NCBI GenBank assembly: GCA_947501605.1
Contig: CANMWZ010000003.1
Span: 1-64,000 of the forward strand
Direction of reading: 5' to 3'
DNA from: Planctomycetota bacterium
GTDB lineage: Bacteria > Planctomycetota > UBA1135 > UBA2386
Length of the DNA stretch: 64,000 nucleotides
The position numbers and the translations under genes were made by a program. Shown piece by piece: positions 22,756 to 31,548 of the stretch (positions are counted from its first letter, which is position 1; each line of letters starts with the position of its first letter). The notes beneath the pieces were generated by a model. It did no database searches, had not been told where the DNA came from, and worked only from the letters and a program-made list of their open reading frames with translations.

Positions 22756-24990
22756 ATGTTCGACTGGCTTTGGTCGATCGCAAACCACACGGGTGTCGTG
22801 GAAACGCTGGTTGCGGGTTTCATCGTGCTCGTGTTGGTGTGGTTCTGGCTGCGCGCGAGTCGCCACGTCGAACGCGTCCGCAGTCGCGCACTGTTGCAGG
22901 ACTACTTGCTCGGTGTCGAGCAGGCGCTCCACGGCGATCTGGACGGAGCCCACGCACGACTCGAGCGGGTTCTGCAGGCCGACCCCGAGAACCACTACGC
23001 ACGGCTGCTGCTCGGCAAGGTCCTGGCCGAGCGCGGCGAGCCGGCAGCCGCGCACAAGCACCACCTCGTCCTTGCCGGCGCATTCCTCGTCGAGAGTGCG
23101 GAGAATGCACTCGACCTCGCGCGCGCGCTGCAGCGGTGTGGCCGACCGGGCGAAGCAGCCGACGCGGCAGAACGCGTGCTCCGTGAGGATCCGCAGAACG
23201 CGGCGGCCTTGGAGTTGACGTTTCGGGCGCGACTGCAAGCCGGCGACCATGAGGCGGCGGCGACTCTGGCTCCCCGTCTGCTCAACGTCCGTCGCTCCCC
23301 AGAACACGCGGCAGCCGTGCGCCAGGACATCGCCAGCGTGTTGGCGGAAGTAGGCATGCAGCGACTTCGCCGCGGCGATGCGGCTTCGGCGCAGAAACTG
23401 CTCGACCGAGCTGCGCTCGCGAGTCCACACGAACCCAGCGTCCGACTGTTGGCTGCGCGCTTGGAGGTGGCCAGCAGCAGTGCCGCCGCGGTGACGCGGC
23501 GCTTGCTCGCCGATGCATCATCCACCGGCAACGCTCCGTTGGCGGTCGCTGCGAGCCCAAGTGCGGCACTCCCGACCTCGGTTCTCGGCGGTGCGTCGGC
23601 ACACGTCCCACCCTGGCTGCGCGCGATCGCGCCACTGCTGCCAGCGGGACGATGGCGCTGCTCCTCCTGCGGACAGGTTCTCAAGGCGGCTGAAGGCCGT
23701 TGCCCGCGCTGCACCGCAGAGGGATTGGCGCTCGTTGACGAACCGCTGCTGTTCACCCCGGTCGATGCACCCGGCCACGTTGCCGACGCGATCGAGGCCA
23801 ACACAGCGCACGTTCGTCGCACCGTCCGCGCCGCCCTCGACGCCGACACAGCTGCAGACTCCACCAACGAGGCCACTGCACGCCTGCGGCAGGCCGTGCT
23901 CGAACTGGGCGAACGGGGCGTCAGCGAGCTGTTGGCGGCTGCGACGCAGGGGGACGAAGGCCGTTCTGCCACCGCCATCGCGCTGCTGCAAGCGATCGGT
24001 CCCGCTGTGACGCCAGCGTTGTTTGCGAGCGCCGAGGCCATGGAGGACCGCCGCCTTCTGCCAGACGGGGGCGCAATCGCGCACGTGGTCGGCCGGGTGG
24101 TTCAGGGCTTCGACCGCAGTGCCTTGCCGCACATCGAAGCGCTGTTTGCCTCGGCCCGGCCGAATAGCAGGAACATCCTCATCGATTACTTCCTCGGGCT
24201 CGCCGACCCCGCGCAGTTCCGCGTCGTCCTCGAGCGCTTTCCGCCGCTGGAGATCCTCCACCGACTCAACAAGATCGATCGTGCGGTGCTGTTGCGGTTC
24301 CTGCAAGCGATCCCGGAAGACAGCTTTGTCGCGACCGTGTTGTTGCTCGAACCGACCTTTTATCGCGATGAGGATGTGCTCGCAGCCATTCCTTTTGCGC
24401 TGCATCCGAGCGTCCTCGAGCGCGTGCTTGTTCAGCGCGGGCCATCGCGCGCGTTGACGAGCGATCTGTTGCGCGGGCTCGCCGACGACGCCCTTCGTTT
24501 GGTTGCGGACCGCGTCTTGCGTGCCTACGGCCCGCGCGTGCAGGACGATTTGCTCTCCGCCTTCGTCGATCGTGATCGCGACGCCGCCGTGCGGAGCCGT
24601 ATCGGAGACCTGCTCGCAGTCCTTGGCGCATCCGCGGTGGAGCGACTGTGCGGCAGCTTCGGGCCCGAGCCTGCAGCACTCGATGACGACTTGCGGAGTG
24701 TTCTCGTACGGATGGGGGATGGAGCGACGGATGCCCTCTACGAGGCGTATGCCCAGCCCGGTTGGATCGAACGTGTGTCTCTCGGTTTCTTTGGACGCGG
24801 CGGCAACCGTCGCAATCAGATCGCCCGCGCACTGACCGAACTGGGCACCGCGCGCGCCGACGGTGTGCTGCAGCGACTGCGCGAGGACGAGACGGACCCG
24901 GATCTGAAACTGCGTCTCCAGCAAGCCCTTCATCAGCGACGCACGCAACAGGAACGCACACCAGGAGGAACCAATGAGCAAACTCGGTGA
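22756..24990 (+). CDS. LapB/YciM-like membrane-anchored TPR + rubredoxin-motif protein with long C-terminal helical-repeat extension
   Basis: N-terminal TM helix, DYLLGV...ARLLLGKVLAERGE TPR block, WRCSSCG-x8-CPRC; start trimmed to ATG 22756. Confidence 0.65.
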   Translation: MFDWLWSIANHTGVVETLVAGFIVLVLVWFWLRASRHVERVRSRALLQDYLLGVEQALHGDLDGAHARLERVLQADPENHYARLLLGKVLAERGEPAAAHKHHLVLAGAFLVESAENALDLARALQRCGRPGEAADAAERVLREDPQNAAALELTFRARLQAGDHEAAATLAPRLLNVRRSPEHAAAVRQDIASVLAEVGMQRLRRGDAASAQKLLDRAALASPHEPSVRLLAARLEVASSSAAAVTRRLLADASSTGNAPLAVAASPSAALPTSVLGGASAHVPPWLRAIAPLLPAGRWRCSSCGQVLKAAEGRCPRCTAEGLALVDEPLLFTPVDAPGHVADAIEANTAHVRRTVRAALDADTAADSTNEATARLRQAVLELGERGVSELLAAATQGDEGRSATAIALLQAIGPAVTPALFASAEAMEDRRLLPDGGAIAHVVGRVVQGFDRSALPHIEALFASARPNSRNILIDYFLGLADPAQFRVVLERFPPLEILHRLNKIDRAVLLRFLQAIPEDSFVATVLLLEPTFYRDEDVLAAIPFALHPSVLERVLVQRGPSRALTSDLLRGLADDALRLVADRVLRAYGPRVQDDLLSAFVDRDRDAAVRSRIGDLLAVLGASAVERLCGSFGPEPAALDDDLRSVLVRMGDGATDALYEAYAQPGWIERVSLGFFGRGGNRRNQIARALTELGTARADGVLQRLREDETDPDLKLRLQQALHQRRTQQERTPGGTNEQTR

Positions 24991-26263
24991 CACGTTCCGC
25001 CGAGCCGTGCTCGCACCATTCCGGGCGCTGATGCCAAAGCACCGCGGTTGGCGCATTGCGCTCGTCACCGTGGTCGTTCTCTTCGTGGCAGCACTACTGG
25101 AGCCCGTCGCGAACATCCTCATCAAGCTGTTCGAGCTGTTCCTTCGCGTCCTCGAGCCGATGCTGCAGACACCGATCGGCCGCATTCTCGTGCTGCTGTT
25201 GGTGTTCGCTGGCGCCATCCTCGTGGGCTCGCGGCTCCTCCGAACCCGCTTGCAGACCATGCATCACGGAGTGTTGCTGAGCCGCCATCTCGACGCGATC
25301 GCCGCTCTGCTGCGTGCAGATCCTCGACGTTCGCGCGACCTGTTCTTGCGGGTACAGAAGCGCAGGCGGGCGCTGCCAAGCGAGTACCCCGCGCTGGTTC
25401 AAGATGCGAACCTCAAGCTCGCCCGCCTTGCCCTCGAGGCCGGACGCCATGGGGAAGCCCTGGCTTGGACCTCCCGCGTCGTCGAACCTGGACTCCCGCG
25501 CGAACTCGACCGCTCTCTGCGCCAACTACGCCTGCAGGCCCTCCGCTTGCACGGCTCCGCCCTGCCGGAGACGTTGATGAGCGAAGCACAAGCAGCAGTC
25601 GCGGCGCACCCGACGGACTACCGACTCAGGCGCGAGTTGCGCTCCCTGCAGCTGGAACGCAGCGATTGGAACGCCGTGGCCGAGACCCAGCATCGCGTTC
25701 TCGAGTTGGCGCCACCCGCCGCGATTGGACTCGAACGCGAACAACTGGGTCGGGATGTCACGGCCGCTGCCGAAGCGGCCCTCGGGCGCGGCGAGTTCGA
25801 CGTTGCCAAGAAGCTGCAGCGATCCATCGCGAAGCTCCCCGGCCCGGCGGGGGGGCTGTTGCTAGGGTCCATCCAGCAACGCAAGGGCGACTTGCGTGCG
25901 GCGATCAAGGCCTTTGGACAAACGCGTTGTCCCGAGGGCCTCGACCGCATCGCCGCGCTCTTGGGTTCCAACCCAGGCGCGATGGACGCGCGCGAGCTGC
26001 TCGAGTGCTGCCCGATGCAGGGCACGCTGCTGTTGGTCGCGCGCGAATTGGCCCGCTCCGGTCAACTCGACGCGGCTCGACGCGCGGCGCAGCAAGCCGC
26101 AAATAGCCTGGGCCCGACGCCGACCGTCTGTGGGGTCTTGGCCGAAGTCCTGCAGCTTCTGGGCCAAGAGGACCAAGCCAAGCTACTCGCCGAGCAGGCA
26201 GTGCAGCGACTCCTGGCCCCAGAAACCGGGACCGGCACACAGGCGAGTTCAGGCTCTGCTTGA
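24974..26263 (+). CDS. Membrane-anchored TPR-like hypothetical protein
   Basis: Two N-terminal TM segments then Ala/Leu/Arg-rich helical repeats; AGGAGG ribosome-binding site; overlaps the upstream stop. Confidence 0.7.
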   Translation: MSKLGDTFRRAVLAPFRALMPKHRGWRIALVTVVVLFVAALLEPVANILIKLFELFLRVLEPMLQTPIGRILVLLLVFAGAILVGSRLLRTRLQTMHHGVLLSRHLDAIAALLRADPRRSRDLFLRVQKRRRALPSEYPALVQDANLKLARLALEAGRHGEALAWTSRVVEPGLPRELDRSLRQLRLQALRLHGSALPETLMSEAQAAVAAHPTDYRLRRELRSLQLERSDWNAVAETQHRVLELAPPAAIGLEREQLGRDVTAAAEAALGRGEFDVAKKLQRSIAKLPGPAGGLLLGSIQQRKGDLRAAIKAFGQTRCPEGLDRIAALLGSNPGAMDARELLECCPMQGTLLLVARELARSGQLDAARRAAQQAANSLGPTPTVCGVLAEVLQLLGQEDQAKLLAEQAVQRLLAPETGTGTQASSGSA

Positions 26264-26300
26264 GTCTCTGGGCTGGGCCGGCATACTGCGCGCCCCCCTC

Positions 26301-26387
26301 GCCGGAGTGGCGGAATCGGCAGACGCACAGGTTTCAAAAACCTGCGCCCGTAAGGGCGTGCGGGTTCAAGTCCCGCCTCCGGCACCA
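26301..26387 (+). tRNA. tRNA-Leu(CAA)
   Basis: Acceptor GCCGGAG/CTCCGGC-A-CCA, anticodon arm CAGGT-TTCAAAA-ACCTG, long variable arm, GGTTCAAG T-loop. Confidence 0.96.
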
Positions 26388-27454
26388 TTCTTTGTTGGTT
26401 GCACCGACGGCTTTGTTGGTTGCACCGACGGCTTGGTCGGTTGCACCGACGGCAGAGTCGCGCCCTGGACTCCGGCGGGTGCGACGGCCGCCGACTTCGC
26501 TTCGAGTTCGACGAGCTTTTGTCGCCGGTCCTTGAGGAAGGCGCTGTAACCCCGCTCGCCGGCAAAGCGCTCCTCGAGCGCCGCCAGTGCGGCGCGGCAC
26601 AGTTCGAGATCGGGCCTCTCGGCAACTTCTTGGTTCAGCAAGACGGCCCCATAGAAATCACGCATGGCGTTGCGGGCTTGGGGCCGCTTGCCCAGACGGT
26701 ACATCAGTGCGAAGACTCGCCCGGTCTCCTGTTGCGCCGTGGGATTGGTTCGATCGACCGTCGCAAGTGTGGCCGCGATCTCCAAGTCGGTGATCAAGCT
26801 GGCGATGTCGATAGCTTCTGCTGGAGACCACGTGCCACTGTCCGCCATCAGATCCCGCGCCTCAACGAGGGTCAGGGAGCCCGCGGCGAGACCGACTTGC
26901 AGACGCTGCCGCCGCAGTGATTGCTCGCTACGTTCGGTGGTTGCTTCGATGGCGAGGAAGTCCCGAGCCGCTGCGACCAACTCCTCGAATGCCGCCACAG
27001 ACTTCTGGCGATGGCTTTCGTGCGTGCCGAGCACACGGCCGGTGGCATCGAGCACGACATGGTGAGGAAACCCGCTTCCGCGCCATGCCGGCAGCCTGCG
27101 ATCCTCCTCTTCGTCAAGGTGCGCGGTCACGTGCACCAGCAGCACGATGCTCCGGGCGAAGGCAACGAACTCAGGGCTTGCGAGCACCTCACGTTCGCAG
27201 CGGATCGAAGTTCCGCACGGGGTGTAGGACCGGGTGCAGTGCACCAGGATGAGCTTGCCCTCGCGAGCTGCTGCGCGCTGCGCACTCTGTAGGTCAAGGT
27301 GCCACTCGGCGTGACGCAAGAAGGGCTGCGCCAGCTTGTCGGCCCTCTGCACTTGCAACTCGGCTGATGAGGGCGTCGCTGGCGTCGATTGCCCCGCGAG
27401 CGCATGGGAGAACGGCAGAGCGACGAGCAGGGCAGACAGGCACGAACGCAGCAT
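26366..27454 (-). CDS. Secreted thioredoxin-like fold protein
   Basis: Signal peptide; WHLDLQSAQRAAAREGKLILVHCTRSYTPC and GFPHHVVLDATG, typical of thioredoxin_7-like domains. Confidence 0.65.
   Translation of the reverse strand: MLRSCLSALLVALPFSHALAGQSTPATPSSAELQVQRADKLAQPFLRHAEWHLDLQSAQRAAAREGKLILVHCTRSYTPCGTSIRCEREVLASPEFVAFARSIVLLVHVTAHLDEEEDRRLPAWRGSGFPHHVVLDATGRVLGTHESHRQKSVAAFEELVAAARDFLAIEATTERSEQSLRRQRLQVGLAAGSLTLVEARDLMADSGTWSPAEAIDIASLITDLEIAATLATVDRTNPTAQQETGRVFALMYRLGKRPQARNAMRDFYGAVLLNQEVAERPDLELCRAALAALEERFAGERGYSAFLKDRRQKLVELEAKSAAVAPAGVQGATLPSVQPTKPSVQPTKPSVQPTKNGAGGGT
26390..26452. repeat. 21-bp tandem repeat x3 (CTTTGTTGGTTGCACCGACGG)
   Basis: Two exact copies and one with two mismatches, immediately after the tRNA CCA. 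Confidence 0.92.
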
Positions 27455-27541
27455 GGAGGACCTCGCAGCAGGGAGACGAAGGGCGGGCCCGACGCATTGC
27501 TGCACGCCAAACTCCGGGCCTTGTGGCGCGGCGTTGAGGCG

Positions 27542-27922
27542 TTAGCGGGCCTTGGCCAAGTGCACGAGTCCCTTCTCGCCGACCAGCAAGCCCAGTTCGC
27601 GCGCCGCATCGACTACGATCCTGGCGTCGTCGAGGGACACCGCAAGAGTACGCGCAAGGGCCAACACCAAGCTGCTTTCGGTCACGGTTGCCCGAACGCC
27701 TCCCAACTCCGCAAACACCCGTGGCAGGAGGTCCTTGTCGACGATCGTGCCATCGGAGCCGCGCTCGGCAACCTCGCTGGCCGCACTCGCGCCCGAACAA
27801 CAGGGCTCGACGTTGGTGCCGCAGAGGCCACACTGCCCGTGGCCATGCACATGAACGACGTGAAGCGCCGTGCCACAATAGGCGCAGCGTTGGCGGTTCT
27901 CATCGTGCGGAGCGCTGCTCAT
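27542..27922 (-). CDS. Cys/His-rich zinc-ribbon-like hypothetical protein
   Basis: CAYC...HVHGHGQCGLC...PCC; ATGA overlap with the nfu gene. Confidence 0.7.
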   Translation of the reverse strand: MSSAPHDENRQRCAYCGTALHVVHVHGHGQCGLCGTNVEPCCSGASAASEVAERGSDGTIVDKDLLPRVFAELGGVRATVTESSLVLALARTLAVSLDDARIVVDAARELGLLVGEKGLVHLAKAR

Positions 27923-28506
27923 CCCATCGTCACGACTAGTTCATCATCGATTTCGGTCTGTAGCAGATTCTGGATCGCCATCATCGTTCCCGAGGTCGAA
28001 CTCGGGCAGCTGCCACAGGCACCCTGGTATCGAATCACCAGCGACTTGCCGTCGAGACCCAGCACCTGCAAACCACCGCCATCGCCGGCCAATGCCGGTC
28101 GAACACGATCGTCGAGCAACGCGTTGATGCGCGACAGCATTTCGGGATCACCGCCCTGCGGCAGCGACGCTAGCGGGTTTTCCGAAGCCTCGAGCGCCGG
28201 CGGAGTCGAGCACCCGTGCGCCGAGTGTTCCTCCTGCTCGTCGATGTGTGACTCGAGCAGGCGCGTGCATTGCTCCGCAACTCCCCGCCAATCGGCCTTG
28301 GCGGTCATGCTGACGGTCACGAAGTTCTCGCAGAAGAACAGGGTCTCGACACCCGGTACGGCGAACAGACCCTGGGCCAGGATGTCGGTGCGTGCGTCCT
28401 CGGGTTTGCTGTAGCTGCGAGTCTGACCGCCGCGGGCGAGGGGGCGATCGACCAGAAACTTGAAGGCGTTGGGATTGGGCGTCGGGAGAATGCTCTGGAC
28501 CTTCAT
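27919..28506 (-). CDS. NifU/Nfu-family Fe-S cluster carrier (Nfu_N + NifU-C)
   Basis: TPNPNAFKF N-terminal domain; VRPALAGDGG...YQGACGSCPSS. Confidence 0.92.
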   Translation of the reverse strand: MKVQSILPTPNPNAFKFLVDRPLARGGQTRSYSKPEDARTDILAQGLFAVPGVETLFFCENFVTVSMTAKADWRGVAEQCTRLLESHIDEQEEHSAHGCSTPPALEASENPLASLPQGGDPEMLSRINALLDDRVRPALAGDGGGLQVLGLDGKSLVIRYQGACGSCPSSTSGTMMAIQNLLQTEIDDELVVTMG

Positions 28507-28599
28507 GGTTCGATGCGGGCTCTAGGAGGCCATCAGGATAGCGCAGTAGGGGCCCCTTGTCGGCCACCGTCTCTTGGACACAAGGGGGGCGCGGCTTTC

Positions 28600-31542
28600 T
28601 CAGCGCAGCATCTGCCGCACGAAACCCGTCGGACCTGTCGTCACATAGGCGGGCTGCCACAGGCCACCAGCACCTGCGTGGTCGACGACGCGCAACGCCA
28701 GGGTGTGCCGTCCCGAAGCAAGTCGCTCACCAAGATCGAGGACCTGGCACTCGAGCCAAACACTTGTGCCGCTCGCGAGATCTCCACATCGGCCGATCGA
28801 GACCCCGTCGAGAAAACACTCGCAACTGTCGTCCACGCCTTCGAGCACCAGAGCCGCCGACGTGTTCGGCCAGTCCGTCGGCACGTCGAGGTCGATGCGG
28901 TACCAGGCGATGCCCGTATAGGTCCGCAGGTCCTCGGCTTGGTTTTCCCAATGCGAGCCGGCGCGCAAATCGCGCCACGGTTCCGAGTCGACAGGGACGG
29001 TCGCATCGAACCACCTTGCACTGAGCCCTTCGTCCTTCTGGTCGGTCCGAAAGCGCCAGACCTCGAGTGCCAGAATTCGCTCGCTCACGAGCCGGTGCAG
29101 GGCCGCGATCGTCGTCTCGGACAGGGCGCGCTGACTGGCTGGACCGTTGGCGAGATGTTCGAGCAGCTGGCGTTCCACGTAGCGACCCGCCGCCGTCGTG
29201 GCATCGAAGCTACTGGCGAGGAGGCGACCCTGTCCGATACGCGTGTCGAACGCAAAGAGGTGCGCCCGAACCTCCGTCAAGTCGTGCGTCTCCCAGAACG
29301 CGAGGATGGGGTCCACCTGATCCAGCCACGGTAGCCACGGAATCACGCGACCACCGTCGAGATCGAATGGCTGCAGCTCGATCAACATCGACGCTGGGAG
29401 CGCCTCATGGACCGGATGCGCCGGCGCAAAGGGCGCACCTCGGAGATACCAGAGTTCTTGTGCATGCAGCGTTCGCTTCTGCGAACCCACTCGCAGCAGC
29501 ACGCGTCCGCCACGCTCCACTTCGTCGAGAACTTGCTCGTCGAGATGATCGACGACGCGCACATTTCTCGGTCTCGCGTCGTCAAAGGTCGGCAACAGCC
29601 AGATGTCCCACTGCGCACGTACGTCAAGGCACTCGGCAGTGACTGCATGACGCGTCGGATGGGCAACCGACGGCAGCGGGGGAGTTTGGGTGGGTGGCGC
29701 CGCGAAACCGATCGGCGTGACTTCGAGGCACAGGTGCGCATCCTCCTTGACCACGAAACCGCGGGCGTCGGTGGCAAGGTGCAACATGCGCTCGCGATGC
29801 CACGACCAATCCGAAGCGCTCCACTTGAGACGTCCGAAGTCGTCGCATAGGCCCATGCGAGCCTTGGGAATGTCGCGCGCGACGGAGACCACGTAGCCGG
29901 CGTCGGGCAAGGTCGCGCGAAGTCGTTCGATCTGGTAGCGGCGTGTCGCCATGCCGTAGTCCCGTGCAATCTGCGGCAAACTCGTGAGCGTCGCGGCTCC
30001 GAACTCGCGCACGAGCCATGACTCAAACTGCTCTTGTGCGCGAAGACAATCGGGACGCCACCACGGCAGCGGATCGCCTAGCGCTGCCCACTCCGCCCGA
30101 TCGACCCATGTGTCGGCGGCAATGCACTCCCCGAGGAGCAACGGCTTCTTACCACTCTTCTCGATGTGCTTCTCGAACTCCAGCAACCGACCCGGCCACC
30201 AGCGGTTGTTGCCGTAGGGATGCTCGTCCCAGAAGTCGGTGACGCGCTGCCAACCGATCCATGAGCTGTCGTCGACGACCAGGGTCTCCGGTACCGCCGC
30301 ATGGCAGGCATCGTAGAGCGCCTTCATGACCGCGAGGTCGGCGTCGTGACCCGTCTCGCAGGTGATGCTGCGGAAGGCAACCGCCGCATGACTGCCGTCA
30401 GCGCGGAAGAACTCGCCGTATTCGCGCAGTAGCTCCGCCTCGTGCGCTTGGTCGATCTTTGGGTGCCACGTCGGATACTCCTGCCAGCACAGCATGCCGA
30501 GTTCGTCGCACAGTTCGTAGACGCATGGGGGCGGCACGAACAGACAGCACTTGAGGGTGTTGAAGCCCAGACTCTTCCAATCCTCCAGTTGCCGGCGCCA
30601 GTACGAGGCATCGCTCGGTGGGGCAAGTAGCGGCGGCGAGAAGCCCCAATGCAGGATGCCGCGCACGTGGAGCGGCACGCCATTCCAAAGCACCGTTGTG
30701 CCAGAGGCTCGAAGACTGCGAAACCCGATCGACATCTCGTGTCGATCGAGCTCGGTGTCGCCCTGCAGCAGCCTAAACTCGAGCCCGTAGCAGTTGGGTG
30801 TCGCGCACGACCAGGGTCGCACCGAAGGCACCATCGCCTCAAACTCGAGTCCGTCCCGTGCTTCCACCGGCTGGTCAAACCAACCGACGGTCGCAGCGCC
30901 ATCGCCGACGCGAACCTGAAGTCGCAGCGGCGTAGGCCTAGTGATGCCCTGCTTGGAGATCCGGAGCGCAACTCGGCCGTGACAGCGACCAGCGCCGTCG
31001 TCTTGGAGGAAGCCGAATGCGCTCAATTGGGTTCGATCCAGCGAGGCCCCGCGATCCACAGCCATCGTCACGCTCTGCCAGATGCCGCCGAAGTGGGGTT
31101 GCACAGCAGGGAGGAAGCCCTGCGTGTTGTGGCCTACGAGTTCATCGACGCGCACCTCGATCGTGTCCTGGCCCCGCCACTGCAAGGCCGAGGTCACCTC
31201 AACCGCGAATGGCGTCCATCCGCCCAGATGCTCGCCGAGTTCGATACCGTTGCAGAAGACCCGTGCGTGGGTTGCAACTGCAGCGAACTCGATCCAGATC
31301 GACCGGCCTTGGTCCGCTGCGGACAGCGGCAAGGTGCGTCGGTACCAAGCGACCCCATCAAACGTGTGCCCAAGAACCGTCTCGAAGGTGCTGGGCACTT
31401 CGATCGCCAAATCATAGACCCGCTCTGGTGCGGCTGGGACATCGCGCCCAAGTTGCCAAAGGCCGTCGAGCGGCACCCGCTGCTGCGCAGCCAACGGCAA
31501 GACCAGGAGACACGACACCACGATTGCTCTAGCGATGCGCAT
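28600..31542 (-). CDS. Secreted glycoside hydrolase family 2-like protein
   Basis: Signal peptide; GH2 N-domain (GVAWYRR, HLGGWTPF, GGIWQSV), IGFR, LCDELGMLCWQE; a second sugar-binding domain at the C-terminus. Confidence 0.8.
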   Translation of the reverse strand: MRIARAIVVSCLLVLPLAAQQRVPLDGLWQLGRDVPAAPERVYDLAIEVPSTFETVLGHTFDGVAWYRRTLPLSAADQGRSIWIEFAAVATHARVFCNGIELGEHLGGWTPFAVEVTSALQWRGQDTIEVRVDELVGHNTQGFLPAVQPHFGGIWQSVTMAVDRGASLDRTQLSAFGFLQDDGAGRCHGRVALRISKQGITRPTPLRLQVRVGDGAATVGWFDQPVEARDGLEFEAMVPSVRPWSCATPNCYGLEFRLLQGDTELDRHEMSIGFRSLRASGTTVLWNGVPLHVRGILHWGFSPPLLAPPSDASYWRRQLEDWKSLGFNTLKCCLFVPPPCVYELCDELGMLCWQEYPTWHPKIDQAHEAELLREYGEFFRADGSHAAVAFRSITCETGHDADLAVMKALYDACHAAVPETLVVDDSSWIGWQRVTDFWDEHPYGNNRWWPGRLLEFEKHIEKSGKKPLLLGECIAADTWVDRAEWAALGDPLPWWRPDCLRAQEQFESWLVREFGAATLTSLPQIARDYGMATRRYQIERLRATLPDAGYVVSVARDIPKARMGLCDDFGRLKWSASDWSWHRERMLHLATDARGFVVKEDAHLCLEVTPIGFAAPPTQTPPLPSVAHPTRHAVTAECLDVRAQWDIWLLPTFDDARPRNVRVVDHLDEQVLDEVERGGRVLLRVGSQKRTLHAQELWYLRGAPFAPAHPVHEALPASMLIELQPFDLDGGRVIPWLPWLDQVDPILAFWETHDLTEVRAHLFAFDTRIGQGRLLASSFDATTAAGRYVERQLLEHLANGPASQRALSETTIAALHRLVSERILALEVWRFRTDQKDEGLSARWFDATVPVDSEPWRDLRAGSHWENQAEDLRTYTGIAWYRIDLDVPTDWPNTSAALVLEGVDDSCECFLDGVSIGRCGDLASGTSVWLECQVLDLGERLASGRHTLALRVVDHAGAGGLWQPAYVTTGPTGFVRQMLR

Positions 31543-31548
31543 TCTGGT

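Noticed and set aside
26390..26452. Possible CRISPR array
   Set aside because: The units are directly adjacent with no spacers, and there are no cas genes.
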